Source of the DNA: a virus
Taxonomy: Duplodnaviria; Caudoviricetes
DNA length: 64,000 bases
Direction: 5' to 3' (one strand)
IMG/VR virus record: IMGVR_UViG_3300011008_000049
Coordinates: 1-64,000 of that record
In this document: positions 45,797 through 55,854 of the stretch, piece after piece
Numbering within the stretch: position 1 is the stretch's first letter
Layout: every line of letters begins with the position of its first letter
The notes under the pieces: model-generated
The model's database searches: none
Told to the model about the DNA's origin: nothing
Seen by the model: the letters and a program-made list of their open reading frames with translations, nothing else
Translations under genes and position numbers: made by a program

Positions 45797-45890
45797 TAAA
45801 TAAAATTACTGTTTTATTGTCAAAAATACCACAATATGTTGATTATAACAAAAAACATAAACACTATATATTGAGATTGAAGGAGTTAAT

Positions 45891-46643
45891 ATGGGCAATT
45901 ATTTAGATGGTAACGCAAGTGGCGTTTATTTGGACAGCAACTTTAATGTTGTAGGCTTTGAGCCAATTAACGGAGTTGAGTTGAAACAGAATATTGCAAG
46001 TTCTGATTGTACTCATAACTGCATTTCAAATTTCCCAAAATTTAATGATGGCGAGGTTACGATTACTATGCACTCAAAGGAAGTTGAAAATAAACTTTCG
46101 TGCTTGGCATTTCAGGGTGAAGTGCCGATGAATATGCCGAAAGAAGCATTGACCTATCTCTATGAGAAGTTCGGAGATTTGAAAGTTGGTGTATATAGAG
46201 ATGGCAAACTTGTTAAAATTCATCAGATTATTCCGTCTGTTAAAGATGTAAAAGTTATCGGTGATTCCGTAGTTATTATGTATTTCGCAGACGGAACGAC
46301 AGAAAAGGCTGTTTTGAATAAAGAAGATACTTTCTCTTTGGAACAGGGTATTTCGATTTGCTTGACAAAGAAGATGCTCTCTATGATTTCAGAGGATTCC
46401 GGCAGCTCGGTCTATAACAAGTTGGTTGAACATTGTCTCAACGTTTACAAGAATAACCGTCAGGCTGAACAGGATGAAGCACAGAAAAAGATTGCAGATA
46501 AGGAAGCAGCCAAGAAGTTTAAGGAGAAGTTGGACAGAAAGAAAGCGAGAAAAGCCGCAGAAAAGAGAGAGGCGCAGATTGAGATTCAGAAAGAAGCATA
46601 TCTGCGTGCAATGAAGGAATATAACGGCACTTCTGCTGAATAA
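45891..46643 (+). CDS. hypothetical phage protein with coiled-coil tail
   Basis: YFADGT..D.F..E.G motif. Confidence 0.7.
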   Translation: MGNYLDGNASGVYLDSNFNVVGFEPINGVELKQNIASSDCTHNCISNFPKFNDGEVTITMHSKEVENKLSCLAFQGEVPMNMPKEALTYLYEKFGDLKVGVYRDGKLVKIHQIIPSVKDVKVIGDSVVIMYFADGTTEKAVLNKEDTFSLEQGISICLTKKMLSMISEDSGSSVYNKLVEHCLNVYKNNRQAEQDEAQKKIADKEAAKKFKEKLDRKKARKAAEKREAQIEIQKEAYLRAMKEYNGTSAE

Positions 46644-46655
46644 TTGAAGCAATAG

Positions 46656-46681
46656 GGAGTGTGAAACATCACTCCCGTTTT
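46656..46681 (+). terminator. intrinsic terminator
   Basis: GGGAGTG...CACTCCC then GTTTT. Confidence 0.65.
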
Positions 46682-46850
46682 GCATTTTGGTGATGAAATA
46701 TGGGAGATTTAATACTTTTAGGATTTGCAATAATTGTTTTTGTTTATTTATTTTCCAGAGTATTTAGAAAAGAAAATCACGGATGCGGTTTTGATTGCAA
46801 AAGGTGTCCTTTTCCACCTTGCGACAAAGACACTATTAGGAGAATGAAAA

Positions 46851-47618
46851 ATGATTTACATAACCGGTGATACCCATGCACAGTTTAATAGGTTTTCTAC
46901 AAAGAATTTTCCGGAACAAAAGAATATGACAAGAGATGATTATGTCATTATCTGCGGTGATTTCGGGGGAATTTGGGATTATATCTTATCAAGTTCAACG
47001 GAAACTTATTGGTTAAATTGGCTTGCAGAGAAATCATTTACGCTTCTTTTTGTAGATGGAAACCATGAAAACTTTGATAGGCTAAAAGAATTTCCTGTTG
47101 TTAGTTATCACGGCGGTAAGGCACATCGAATAAGAGACAACATTTATCATCTTATGAGAGGATATGTGTTTGAGTTTGAAGGCAAAAAGTTCTTTACATT
47201 TGGCGGTGCGCAAAGTCACGATATTCAAGATGGTATTCTCGATATAAAGAACTATGAATCATTGACCGATTTAGTACATGATTATAACAAGAGAACCAAG
47301 AAAGGTGAAATGTTGCGAATAAATCATATTTCATGGTGGGCTAATGAACTTCCGGAGAAATATGAAATGAAACGCGGAATTGAGAATTTGAAAAAGGTAA
47401 ATTTTGAAGTTGACTATGTGATTTCTCATTGTTTGCCGCAAGATGTTTGTTCTGCTGCCGGGTATCGAAGCGCGGACAAATTGACGATGTATTTTAATTC
47501 TTTGATACTTGACCACAAGTTAAAATTCCATAGATGGTATTGTGGTCATTATCACAGAGAGCAAGCAATTTTCGGAAAATTTATTATCAAGTATGAAAAC
47601 ATTGAAAGGATTTTATAA
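46851..47618 (+). CDS. calcineurin-like metallophosphoesterase
   Basis: GDTH, GDFG, GNHE, GHYH. Confidence 0.88.
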   Translation: MIYITGDTHAQFNRFSTKNFPEQKNMTRDDYVIICGDFGGIWDYILSSSTETYWLNWLAEKSFTLLFVDGNHENFDRLKEFPVVSYHGGKAHRIRDNIYHLMRGYVFEFEGKKFFTFGGAQSHDIQDGILDIKNYESLTDLVHDYNKRTKKGEMLRINHISWWANELPEKYEMKRGIENLKKVNFEVDYVISHCLPQDVCSAAGYRSADKLTMYFNSLILDHKLKFHRWYCGHYHREQAIFGKFIIKYENIERIL

Positions 47619-47627
47619 AAGCAAAAG

Positions 47628-47810
47628 ATGAAACAGTCAAATAAAAAGAGGAACTATATCCGCAAGTGTGGATGTTGCGGACGTGTAGATGACCAGTCAA
47701 ATATGGTCAGAGTTAGCAAAAGACTTTCCGATAACGGGTGGCTTTGCGAGGACTGTTATGAAGATATTAAATATGAGGAATATGAAAACGATTATGAAGA
47801 TGATTGGTAG
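47628..47810 (+). CDS. small zinc-finger protein
   Basis: CGCCG...CEDC. Confidence 0.6.
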   Translation: MKQSNKKRNYIRKCGCCGRVDDQSNMVRVSKRLSDNGWLCEDCYEDIKYEEYENDYEDDW

Positions 47811-47987
47811 AAAGGAATAAAAATATGACATTTTTAGGCGGATTCATCGTTGGGATGATTGTCGGTGGAATTGTTGGTGTAATGGTTGCTGCGCTTGCCG
47901 TAATTAGTAGAGACAAGGCAGATGACGAGGAACAAGCCAGATATATCAGCGAAATGAAAGATAAAAACGAATATTAAGGTTAAGCAC

Positions 47988-48590
47988 ATGGGAAAGAATT
48001 TTTATATTTCAGATTTACACCTGTTTCATGATAATGTTTTGAAGAATGGCAGATTTCACGAAAGACCATTTGAAACAATGGATGAAATGCTTGCAGAGTT
48101 AAAAGATAGATGGAACAACGTTGTAACAAACGCAGATACGGTTTATTTACTCGGAGATGTTTCACATAAAGGTAATCCGGTTGAAGTTGCGGAATATCTC
48201 TCACAGTTAAGAGGACAGATTGTGCTTGTTAAAGGGAATCACGATTCTATTAAAGACCAAAGGTTAAGAAAGCAATTCTCTGAAATATGTGATTATAAAG
48301 AAATTGTTGATAACATTGATGGCAGAGCGTATTCGGTTATTATGAGTCATTATCCTATATTTAGTTGGAAAGGACAATTTAGAGGCGCTATTCACCTATA
48401 TGGTCATGTTCATGATAACGAAGATGAGGATTTGTACCAGAGCGCAATCAGAATGTTAGACAAACATTTTGAAGAAAGAGATTCAGAACACCACAAACAA
48501 TTTAGAGCTTTCAATGTTGGCTGTATGATTTCATATATGGATTATACGCCGAGAACATTAAAGGAATTGCTGGAAAGCAATAAGGAGTAA
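47988..48590 (+). CDS. calcineurin-like metallophosphoesterase
   Basis: SDLH, LGD, GNHD, GHVH. Confidence 0.88.
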   Translation: MGKNFYISDLHLFHDNVLKNGRFHERPFETMDEMLAELKDRWNNVVTNADTVYLLGDVSHKGNPVEVAEYLSQLRGQIVLVKGNHDSIKDQRLRKQFSEICDYKEIVDNIDGRAYSVIMSHYPIFSWKGQFRGAIHLYGHVHDNEDEDLYQSAIRMLDKHFEERDSEHHKQFRAFNVGCMISYMDYTPRTLKELLESNKE

Positions 48591-48593
48591 GAA

Positions 48594-48980
48594 ATGAATG
48601 TAGATAGATGTGTCTGTTGCGGAGAATATGTTCCTGAAGGTAGCATGGTTTGTAGAAGTTGTGCTTGCAAATCGGGGGCATTCGACCAAGTTAAATGGGA
48701 AAGAGATATAGCCATTTCGCAATTAAAAGATTATGGTGTTTCTCTTGGAGAGAAAGCAGAACTTAAAAAGGTAATTCATGCTAAATGGGTTACATTTGTT
48801 GGTTTCTTACATAACTTTTGTTCTCATTGTGGCTACAAGGTTAAAAATAGGACAAATTATTGTCCCGAATGCGGAGCAACAATGGATAAAGAATCGGTTT
48901 ATTCTTTCGCGTTTCGCGGTGTGCCATCATTAACTGCGCCAAATTATAGAAAGGTAAAGAAAGAAAAGGTTTTAGGTTAA
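48594..48980 (+). CDS. zinc-ribbon protein
   Basis: CVCCG, CSHCG, YCPECGA. Confidence 0.7.
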   Translation: MNVDRCVCCGEYVPEGSMVCRSCACKSGAFDQVKWERDIAISQLKDYGVSLGEKAELKKVIHAKWVTFVGFLHNFCSHCGYKVKNRTNYCPECGATMDKESVYSFAFRGVPSLTAPNYRKVKKEKVLG

Positions 48981-48981
48981 T

Positions 48982-49431
48982 ATGAAAAAGTTAATTTCTA
49001 TTTTAATGTGTATTGTATTATGCTTTGCGTTTGCCGGATGCTCCGGAAAAACAGATGACACAAATACAACGGTTGAAGAAACCGAATATAGTCCTTATTC
49101 AGAGGAAAAATATGAGAGGATTATGGTTGACTTTGCAACAAATGATAATGGTTTCTATTCTCTTTATGCTGATGTGACTCTCGGATATTATGAAAACGAA
49201 TTGGCAGAGGTCTTTATTGAAAATCCTGCACTTCTCGCATTTAAGGTGTCAGATATATATAGCGGCGGTGTTTGTCTTATTGACGGAGTAGACATTACAT
49301 TGTTAATAAACAAGTTAAATCTTGCACAAGAAGCCATCAACAATAACGATTTAGAGTCTGCGAAAGAGTATATTGCAAATGTTTTGGAATTCATTAAAAA
49401 TCAACCCATTTATGATTACTGCCCGACATGA
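48982..49431 (+). CDS. lipoprotein
   Basis: Lipobox FAGC. Confidence 0.75.
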   Translation: MKKLISILMCIVLCFAFAGCSGKTDDTNTTVEETEYSPYSEEKYERIMVDFATNDNGFYSLYADVTLGYYENELAEVFIENPALLAFKVSDIYSGGVCLIDGVDITLLINKLNLAQEAINNNDLESAKEYIANVLEFIKNQPIYDYCPT

Positions 49432-49441
49432 GGTGAACGAT

Positions 49442-50194
49442 ATGAACGGATTTGTAAAACCAACGAGTAAGAATATTTCCGACTCCGATTATATAACAAA
49501 ATTAGTCAACGCAAATCTCCACAAGGATTTACATGATAATGAAGAAATCTGTCAGCACTGCCATGGTACAGGAATGGTTGTTGTAGATAATCCGTATGGT
49601 CTTTCTGATGACCCTGAAAAACATATCGGAAATATGTTTCCATACAAACATCAATCAATTTCATTTTGTCCGCATTGTTATAATGGCATTGTTCATAGAT
49701 GTAGTATTTGCGGAAATCTTATTAAAAGAGGATTTACAAAGTGCGATTGTGACGGTCAGAAAGCAATTGACAGCGAAAAGAGAAGGCAAAAGTTAAAAGA
49801 GGAACTTGATAATGCTCCGATTGCTCCAAAGGAAATAGAAGATTCTATGGAATGCTTTTACTCTGATTGTTATGGATATAATGAAGGTTATTTCTTTGGA
49901 TGGGACGAATTCTTTGATTATTGGTTTGAAAACGAACCCGGCATTGAAAGACCAGAATTCGTATGGATTACAGAACCGGTTGAAATGTCAATAGATGCAA
50001 TGGACATTATCGAAAATGCAACCGAAGATTTGTATGAAGATGCAATTGATAGCATTTCAGATGAATCAAGGAAAGAGTTACAAGAATACCTTGATTCATG
50101 GTGTAAGACTTGTGGTGTTGGTACTACATATTATGAAAGCCATAAATATAAGGTAAGAATACCGTGGGAGTCAGCAGATGATTATAGAAATTGA
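49442..50194 (+). CDS. protein with DnaJ-type zinc finger and acidic C-domain
   Basis: CQHCHGTG, CPHCYNG; GAGGTG RBS before 49442. Confidence 0.7.
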   Translation: MNGFVKPTSKNISDSDYITKLVNANLHKDLHDNEEICQHCHGTGMVVVDNPYGLSDDPEKHIGNMFPYKHQSISFCPHCYNGIVHRCSICGNLIKRGFTKCDCDGQKAIDSEKRRQKLKEELDNAPIAPKEIEDSMECFYSDCYGYNEGYFFGWDEFFDYWFENEPGIERPEFVWITEPVEMSIDAMDIIENATEDLYEDAIDSISDESRKELQEYLDSWCKTCGVGTTYYESHKYKVRIPWESADDYRN

Positions 50195-50588
50195 AGATAG
50201 ATATATTGAAGAACTTAAATATAAAATTCGAGAGTTGAAAGAAGAAAACGCAAAGTTATCAGATAAATTGCGTTTAGCAGAGCAAGATAAGGAACATTTG
50301 TCTTTTAGAATTAAAAATGAGTTAGAGCCGAGGATTAAGGCAGAAGAAAGAGCGTATGATACTTATGTCTTGACAGACCATGCAGCAGAGGTGGCAGACA
50401 GCTTTTGTGGTAAAGTAGACGAACTTATTGAAATGGTTCAAGATAACAACAATTATTTTGTGTGGGATGATTCCGATGGCGATTTGTATGAGAAAATTCT
50501 TTCTTTGATTAAAAATAAAGGTAATTGCCAGGAAGATGACGTAAGCGTTTTTGCAGATGGTTCAGTACAATTAAAATTGGAGATATAA
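50178..50588 (+). CDS. coiled-coil hypothetical protein
   Basis: ORF in operon. Confidence 0.7.
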   Translation: MIIEIEDRYIEELKYKIRELKEENAKLSDKLRLAEQDKEHLSFRIKNELEPRIKAEERAYDTYVLTDHAAEVADSFCGKVDELIEMVQDNNNYFVWDDSDGDLYEKILSLIKNKGNCQEDDVSVFADGSVQLKLEI

Positions 50589-50589
50589 T

Positions 50590-52584
50590 ATGAGCAAAAT
50601 TGATACAATCAAAGATTTAATTACGCGGTTAAACAAATATAGAGACTCTTATTACAACAGGAATGAGAGTCTTATTTCTGATAAAGAGTATGACAGTATG
50701 TTTGATAAGTTGATTGAGTTAGAGAAAGAAACTGGAATTGTATTCTCAAACTCTCCGACACAGACGGTTGGCTATACGAGTGTGAGCCAACTTAAAAAGG
50801 TAAAACATAATCATCCTCTTTTATCACTTGACAAAACAACCGATATTGCGGAATTCACAGACTATTTTGATAATCATGACAGTCTTGTTATGGCAAAACT
50901 TGACGGTTTAACCTGTTCCCTACTTTACAGCAACGGTGAATTTGTCAGAGCCGAAAGTCGTGGAGATGGTGAAACCGGTGAGGACATCACACATAATGCG
51001 AAAGTGTTCGCAAATCTTCCTATGAAGATACCGTTTGATGGAGATATTGTTGTAGATGGAGAATGTATTATCACATATGATGAATTCAACAAAATCAACG
51101 AAAGAGAAAATACAGAATACAAAAATCCGAGAAATCTTGTAAGCGGTTCTGTTCGTCAGTTGAATAGTGAGATTGCAAAGAATAGGAACATTATCTTTAT
51201 TGCATGGAGATTACATAGTATAACAATGCCGGATGGTTCTGATTATCCAATCCGTTCTCATGCGGAAAGTTTTCGATGGTTAAAGGACTATGGATTTGAT
51301 GTTGTGCCTCATATTCTCGTAAAAGATGGAGACAGTACAAGTTTTGAAAAAGCCATTGATAATGTTAAATCAGAATGTGAAAGTAAAACGATTCCAATTG
51401 ATGGCGCTGTTGGAATGTTTGATGATGTTAAATATGGAAATAGCCTCGGAAGAACCGGTCATCATCCGCGCCATTCTCTTGCATTTAAGTTTTATCAAGA
51501 AGATAATGAAACAACATTATTAGATATTGAATGGTCAACCAGTAGGACTGGACTTGTTAATCCTGTTGCTATATTTGAGCCGACAGAAATTGACGGAACA
51601 ACGGTTACGAGAGCTACATTGAATAATGTAAGCATTATTAAAGAGTTAGAACTTGGAATCGGAGATAAAATTACTGTAATAAAGGCAAATCAAATTATTC
51701 CAAAAGTTACGCAGAATTTGACGAGAAGCAATTCTTATAAAATCCCAACGGAATGTCCGGTCTGTGGTAGTAAACTTGTTATCAAAAATGATAACGGTAG
51801 AGAGATGCTTTATTGCACAAACAATTATTGTCCTGCAATTATTCATGATAAGATTGCGAATTTTGCAACAAGAGATGGAATGAATATAGTTGGTATTTCA
51901 GAGGAACGCCTCCGTTCTCTTATGGATATGGGATTTGTTACAGATTTTGCAAGTCTATATAATCTTTACACTCATAGGGATGAGATTGCGAAAGAAAAAG
52001 GATGGGGCGATTCAAGCATTGATTCTCTTTTGCAAGCAATTGAAGAAAGCAAAAAGTGTAAACTGCAAAATGTGATTATTGCTATCGGCATTCCAGGAAT
52101 CGGTAAGTCTGCTGCAAAGTCAATTTCTGAATACATCAATGAAAAATATCTTGATAAGAGTTTGAATTTATATAAGACTTTCCTCTTGCTTGCGCTCGAT
52201 AATCACGATTGGTCAACACTTCCTGGATTTGGTAAAAACACAAGCGATAGTATTAACCAGTATGTAAAAGAAAACTATAATGAGCTTGAATCATTGGTTC
52301 ATATTATTAAGTTGGTCGGAGATAATGTTTCGGTTGGCAAAGTTCCAGGAAAACACAATGGAAAAACATTTTGTATTACCGGAAAACTCGAACATTTTGA
52401 TAATAGAAATGCACTTGTATATGATATTGAATCCAATGGTGGTATTGTTGTATCTGGTGTGAGCGCAAAAACGAATTATCTTATTACAAATGATAAGAAC
52501 TCCGGAAGCTCAAAGAATAAAGCAGCAGAAAAATACGGAACAAAAATCATAAGTGAATTAGAATACATTATGGGTCAGTTATAA
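50590..52584 (+). CDS. ligA: NAD+-dependent DNA ligase
   Basis: KLDG, SRGDG, NPRN, AFKF, zinc finger, BRCT. Confidence 0.95.
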   Translation: MSKIDTIKDLITRLNKYRDSYYNRNESLISDKEYDSMFDKLIELEKETGIVFSNSPTQTVGYTSVSQLKKVKHNHPLLSLDKTTDIAEFTDYFDNHDSLVMAKLDGLTCSLLYSNGEFVRAESRGDGETGEDITHNAKVFANLPMKIPFDGDIVVDGECIITYDEFNKINERENTEYKNPRNLVSGSVRQLNSEIAKNRNIIFIAWRLHSITMPDGSDYPIRSHAESFRWLKDYGFDVVPHILVKDGDSTSFEKAIDNVKSECESKTIPIDGAVGMFDDVKYGNSLGRTGHHPRHSLAFKFYQEDNETTLLDIEWSTSRTGLVNPVAIFEPTEIDGTTVTRATLNNVSIIKELELGIGDKITVIKANQIIPKVTQNLTRSNSYKIPTECPVCGSKLVIKNDNGREMLYCTNNYCPAIIHDKIANFATRDGMNIVGISEERLRSLMDMGFVTDFASLYNLYTHRDEIAKEKGWGDSSIDSLLQAIEESKKCKLQNVIIAIGIPGIGKSAAKSISEYINEKYLDKSLNLYKTFLLLALDNHDWSTLPGFGKNTSDSINQYVKENYNELESLVHIIKLVGDNVSVGKVPGKHNGKTFCITGKLEHFDNRNALVYDIESNGGIVVSGVSAKTNYLITNDKNSGSSKNKAAEKYGTKIISELEYIMGQL

Positions 52585-52632
52585 GTAGAATGTCAAGAGG
52601 TGAAATCTTATAAAATAATTTGTAAAAACCTC

Positions 52633-52661
52633 TTGACATATCTGTAATGATGTGGTATAAT
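52633..52661 (+). promoter_or_regulatory. sigmaA promoter
   Basis: TTGACA-N17-TATAAT. Confidence 0.8.
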
Positions 52662-52863
52662 GATGATGTCGTTGAAAAGGCGACAATTTATTAAAGCATT
52701 AAAAATAAGATGGAACAACACGGAAACATAAATAAAATACCGCTTTTATCATCAGAAAACGGTATTCAAGCCCTCAATTATTGGGAGTCAAACTTCACAA
52801 TAATAGATAGAAAATATGTATTTGTATTGCAAAATGCTTAAAAATAAGGAGTTTTAATAGTAC

Positions 52864-53868
52864 ATGGAAAATAAAAGCGGTACTTCAAAACCAAAAGGAT
52901 ATGAACTTGTAAACTTTTGTGAATTTGATAAATACGCAGCTACAAGTTATTGCGCAATTCACGGAGTAGATGAGAGTTTTAATCTTGGAGACATTACAAA
53001 AGTAGACGAAACAAAAATATCACCGTTTACAATGATTTGCGGTGGTAGTCCATGTCAAGATTTTAGCGTAGCCGGAAGGCAAGCCGGAAGTAAATGGAGA
53101 TGTACGGATTGTGGTTGTGAATACAATCCATTAACCGTTCACTATTCTGTAAGGCATAAATGCCCTAACTGTGGTTGTGAATACAATCCATTAACCGTTC
53201 ACTATTCTGTAAGGCATAAATGCCCTAACTGTGGTAAAGAAAATCTTGACAAATCAAGAAGTTCATTATTGGTTGAATGGTTGAGGGTAATTAGAGCCAA
53301 TAAACCAAAATGGGGAATCTATGAGAATGTAAAGAACATTGTCGGAAAGCAATTCAGAAATACTTTTAATATGTTTATTGAGGAATTGCATGAGTACGGC
53401 TACAATACATATTTCAAAGTTCTTAATTCAAAAGATTTTGGTGTTCCTCAAAACAGAGAGCGTGTATATCTCATAATTATCTTAAAAGAATTAGACAATG
53501 GCAAGTTTTCATTTCCTACCGGATTTGAGAGCGATATTTGCCTAAAAGACGTTCTTGAAGATGAAGTTGATGAAAAATACTATGTTAATACACCAAAGGC
53601 AAAAGAATTAATTGATGACCTTATTCAAAGCGGCAAATTAGATAAAGATGTTTCTAATACCGTAAGAGCCGGGGGGGAGAGGAAGTATAGACCGACATCA
53701 ATGGGATATGGTTCAGGTATGATTAAGACTGGACTATTTTCTAAACAGTGCAAAGTTTTTGATAGAGAAATTGATGTCGCTAATACTTTACTTGCCAGAG
53801 ATTATAAAGGATTTGGAAATCAAAGTATGAATGGAGTTATAGAATGCAGCAAGAAATACGAATTGTAA
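52864..53868 (+). CDS. dcm: C5-cytosine DNA methyltransferase, catalytic fragment (motifs II-VIII plus TRD)
   Basis: CEFD, GGSPCQDFS, ENV, PQNRER; lacks FxGxG motif I. Confidence 0.85.
   Translation: MENKSGTSKPKGYELVNFCEFDKYAATSYCAIHGVDESFNLGDITKVDETKISPFTMICGGSPCQDFSVAGRQAGSKWRCTDCGCEYNPLTVHYSVRHKCPNCGCEYNPLTVHYSVRHKCPNCGKENLDKSRSSLLVEWLRVIRANKPKWGIYENVKNIVGKQFRNTFNMFIEELHEYGYNTYFKVLNSKDFGVPQNRERVYLIIILKELDNGKFSFPTGFESDICLKDVLEDEVDEKYYVNTPKAKELIDDLIQSGKLDKDVSNTVRAGGERKYRPTSMGYGSGMIKTGLFSKQCKVFDREIDVANTLLARDYKGFGNQSMNGVIECSKKYEL
53110..53235 (+). repeat. exact 60-bp tandem duplication in the MTase zinc ribbon
   Basis: CGCEYNPLTVHYSVRHKCPN encoded twice. Confidence 0.9.
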
Positions 53869-54435
53869 ATGTTCTTGGTAGATTGATTCCCGAATCTGGC
53901 AAGATTCATCAAAATCAAGAAGTTTACTTAACATTCGGGGGGAGCATAATGTGTACTGTCAAAGCGACACATTACAAAGACCCACCAAAAGTAATGTATG
54001 TTCTGATGTGGTTAATAAAAATGAAGAAAAGTAGAGATATTATTAGACTAATACACCGAGGTTCGGGGGACAGCAAGGATGGATTTATTCAGTAAATGGA
54101 TTGATGTCAACAATTCCTGCTTCTGGCTATAAAGACCCGCCGAAAATTGTTGTAATAGACGAAAAGAGAAAATGTGATGAACAAGATAATTCAGATAGGA
54201 AACATGAGAGATGATACCAAAAATTTCTCAAATCCGCAAACCGGCAGAGTGTATTCGACTGATGGAATCGCACCAACAATTAACACTTGTCAGGGGGAGG
54301 CAGAGAACCAAAGGTATTGGTCGAGGTGGTTAATATGAAAATTGTATGCGAAAGGCGAACCGATGAAGGACTCCGAACATTTAAGGATAATGTAGTAGGA
54401 ACAATCCGAACCATTGATTCGGGGGTGATAAGCGA
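53844..54435 (+). pseudogene. series of MTase target-recognition-domain modules broken at G tracts
   Basis: Repeated RVYS.DG..PT.../KDPPK modules in shifting frames. Confidence 0.65.
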
Positions 54436-54834
54436 GTGATTGAAAATAGTAAACATAGTTCTGGTTATCGAATTAGAAAACTTACACCAAAAGAATGTTG
54501 GAGATTGATGGGATTTTCTGATGATGATTATGAACGAGCAAGAAAGGCGTTAAACGAAAGGTTTTATAAAGGTAAGAACAAATCAAGTTCTCAATTATAT
54601 AAACAAGCTGGAAATTCAATAGTAACAGATGTCTTATATTACATATTTAAGGAACTATATTCCGCTATGCCGTATCTATTCGATGATTTGAAAGTTAGCA
54701 GCTATTTTTCCGGCATTGGTGCATTTGAAATTGCACTTGATAGGCTGTTCAATGATGATGTAGGCAATAAAGAATTAACCGGTTCATCCGGGGGAGAGAA
54801 ATTATTATCTATGATGACTACAACAGCAATATAA
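54436..54834 (+). CDS. C5-MTase fragment carrying motifs IX, X and relocated motif I
   Basis: RKLTPKECWRLMGF, KQAGNSI, then FSGIGAFE. Confidence 0.8.
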   Translation: MIENSKHSSGYRIRKLTPKECWRLMGFSDDDYERARKALNERFYKGKNKSSSQLYKQAGNSIVTDVLYYIFKELYSAMPYLFDDLKVSSYFSGIGAFEIALDRLFNDDVGNKELTGSSGGEKLLSMMTTTAI

Positions 54835-55146
54835 GAGCAGACCAAAATACAATAGGAACAATCACAACCAATATAGGCAGTAACAGTTTAAGGAACGCAT
54901 ATAAACTGATAGAGCCTTAAATTATTTGGTTTATAGATAAGATAGAATAATACGCAAAAGGATAAATAAAATGAAAAATTGTAAATATGAGCAAGGCAAT
55001 TCAAGAAACAAATATATTCGATGTACTCTTGATAACTCTTTAAGAAATACAGAAAAGAGTTGCGGATATTTTTGTCCTAAATATAAGAAATCATTTTGGA
55101 AGAAGATTTCCGAATGGTTTAGAGGATATTAAAAGGAGTTTTACAA

Positions 55147-55673
55147 ATGGTAATTAACCGAGTATGGGCTATGCCTAATAGTAATACGTTTAGTATTCCT
55201 CCCATTGCTAAACTTGTGAATAGATACACGGCGCAGGGGGTAAAAGCAAAGTAATTGTAGACCCATTTGCTAATGGTTGCAAAATTGGGACGATTACAAA
55301 TGACCTTAATCCAAAATTTGATACTACATATCATTTAGATGCTCTTGACTTTTTGAAACTGCTTGATGATGATTCGGCAGATGTTGTTTTATATGACCCG
55401 CCATATTCTTTACGGCAAGTAAAAGAATGTTATGAAGGTGTCGGTGTAACTGTAACAGCAGAACATACAAAATCATCATGGAGAGCGAAACATCTTGATG
55501 AAATATCAAGAATCTTAAAACCAGGCGGAGTTTGTTTGTGCTTTGGATGGAACACAAATGGTGTAGGCAAGAAACGCGGTTTTGAGATGATTGAAGTTCT
55601 CATTGTTCCGCACGGTGGCAGTAAAAACGATACTCTCTGTACCGTGGAAGTCAAAAAGAGCAATGAAGAATAG
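55147..55673 (+). pseudogene. small adenine-specific DNA methyltransferase, frameshifted at G5 55236-55240
   Basis: WAMPN..TF, VDPFA, DPPYS; one extra G restores the frame. Confidence 0.7.
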
Positions 55674-55854
55674 GAAACCAATTTGTCTAAATAGTAAAGG
55701 CGGACGAAATGGTATTCCAGGATTACAACCATCATTGAAAGATAGGGTTTATAGTACAGATGGTGTTTCGTGCGCCATAACAACTTCTGAATTCTTTATG
55801 CCATGTTATTTGGTTAGAGATAAAGAAGTGAAAGGAAAGAACAATGAGAATTAA
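55663..55854 (+). CDS. stand-alone MTase TRD-like module
   Basis: QPSLKDRVYSTDGVSCAITT resembles the TRD modules at 54.2 kb. Confidence 0.5.
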   Translation: MKNRKPICLNSKGGRNGIPGLQPSLKDRVYSTDGVSCAITTSEFFMPCYLVRDKEVKGKNNEN

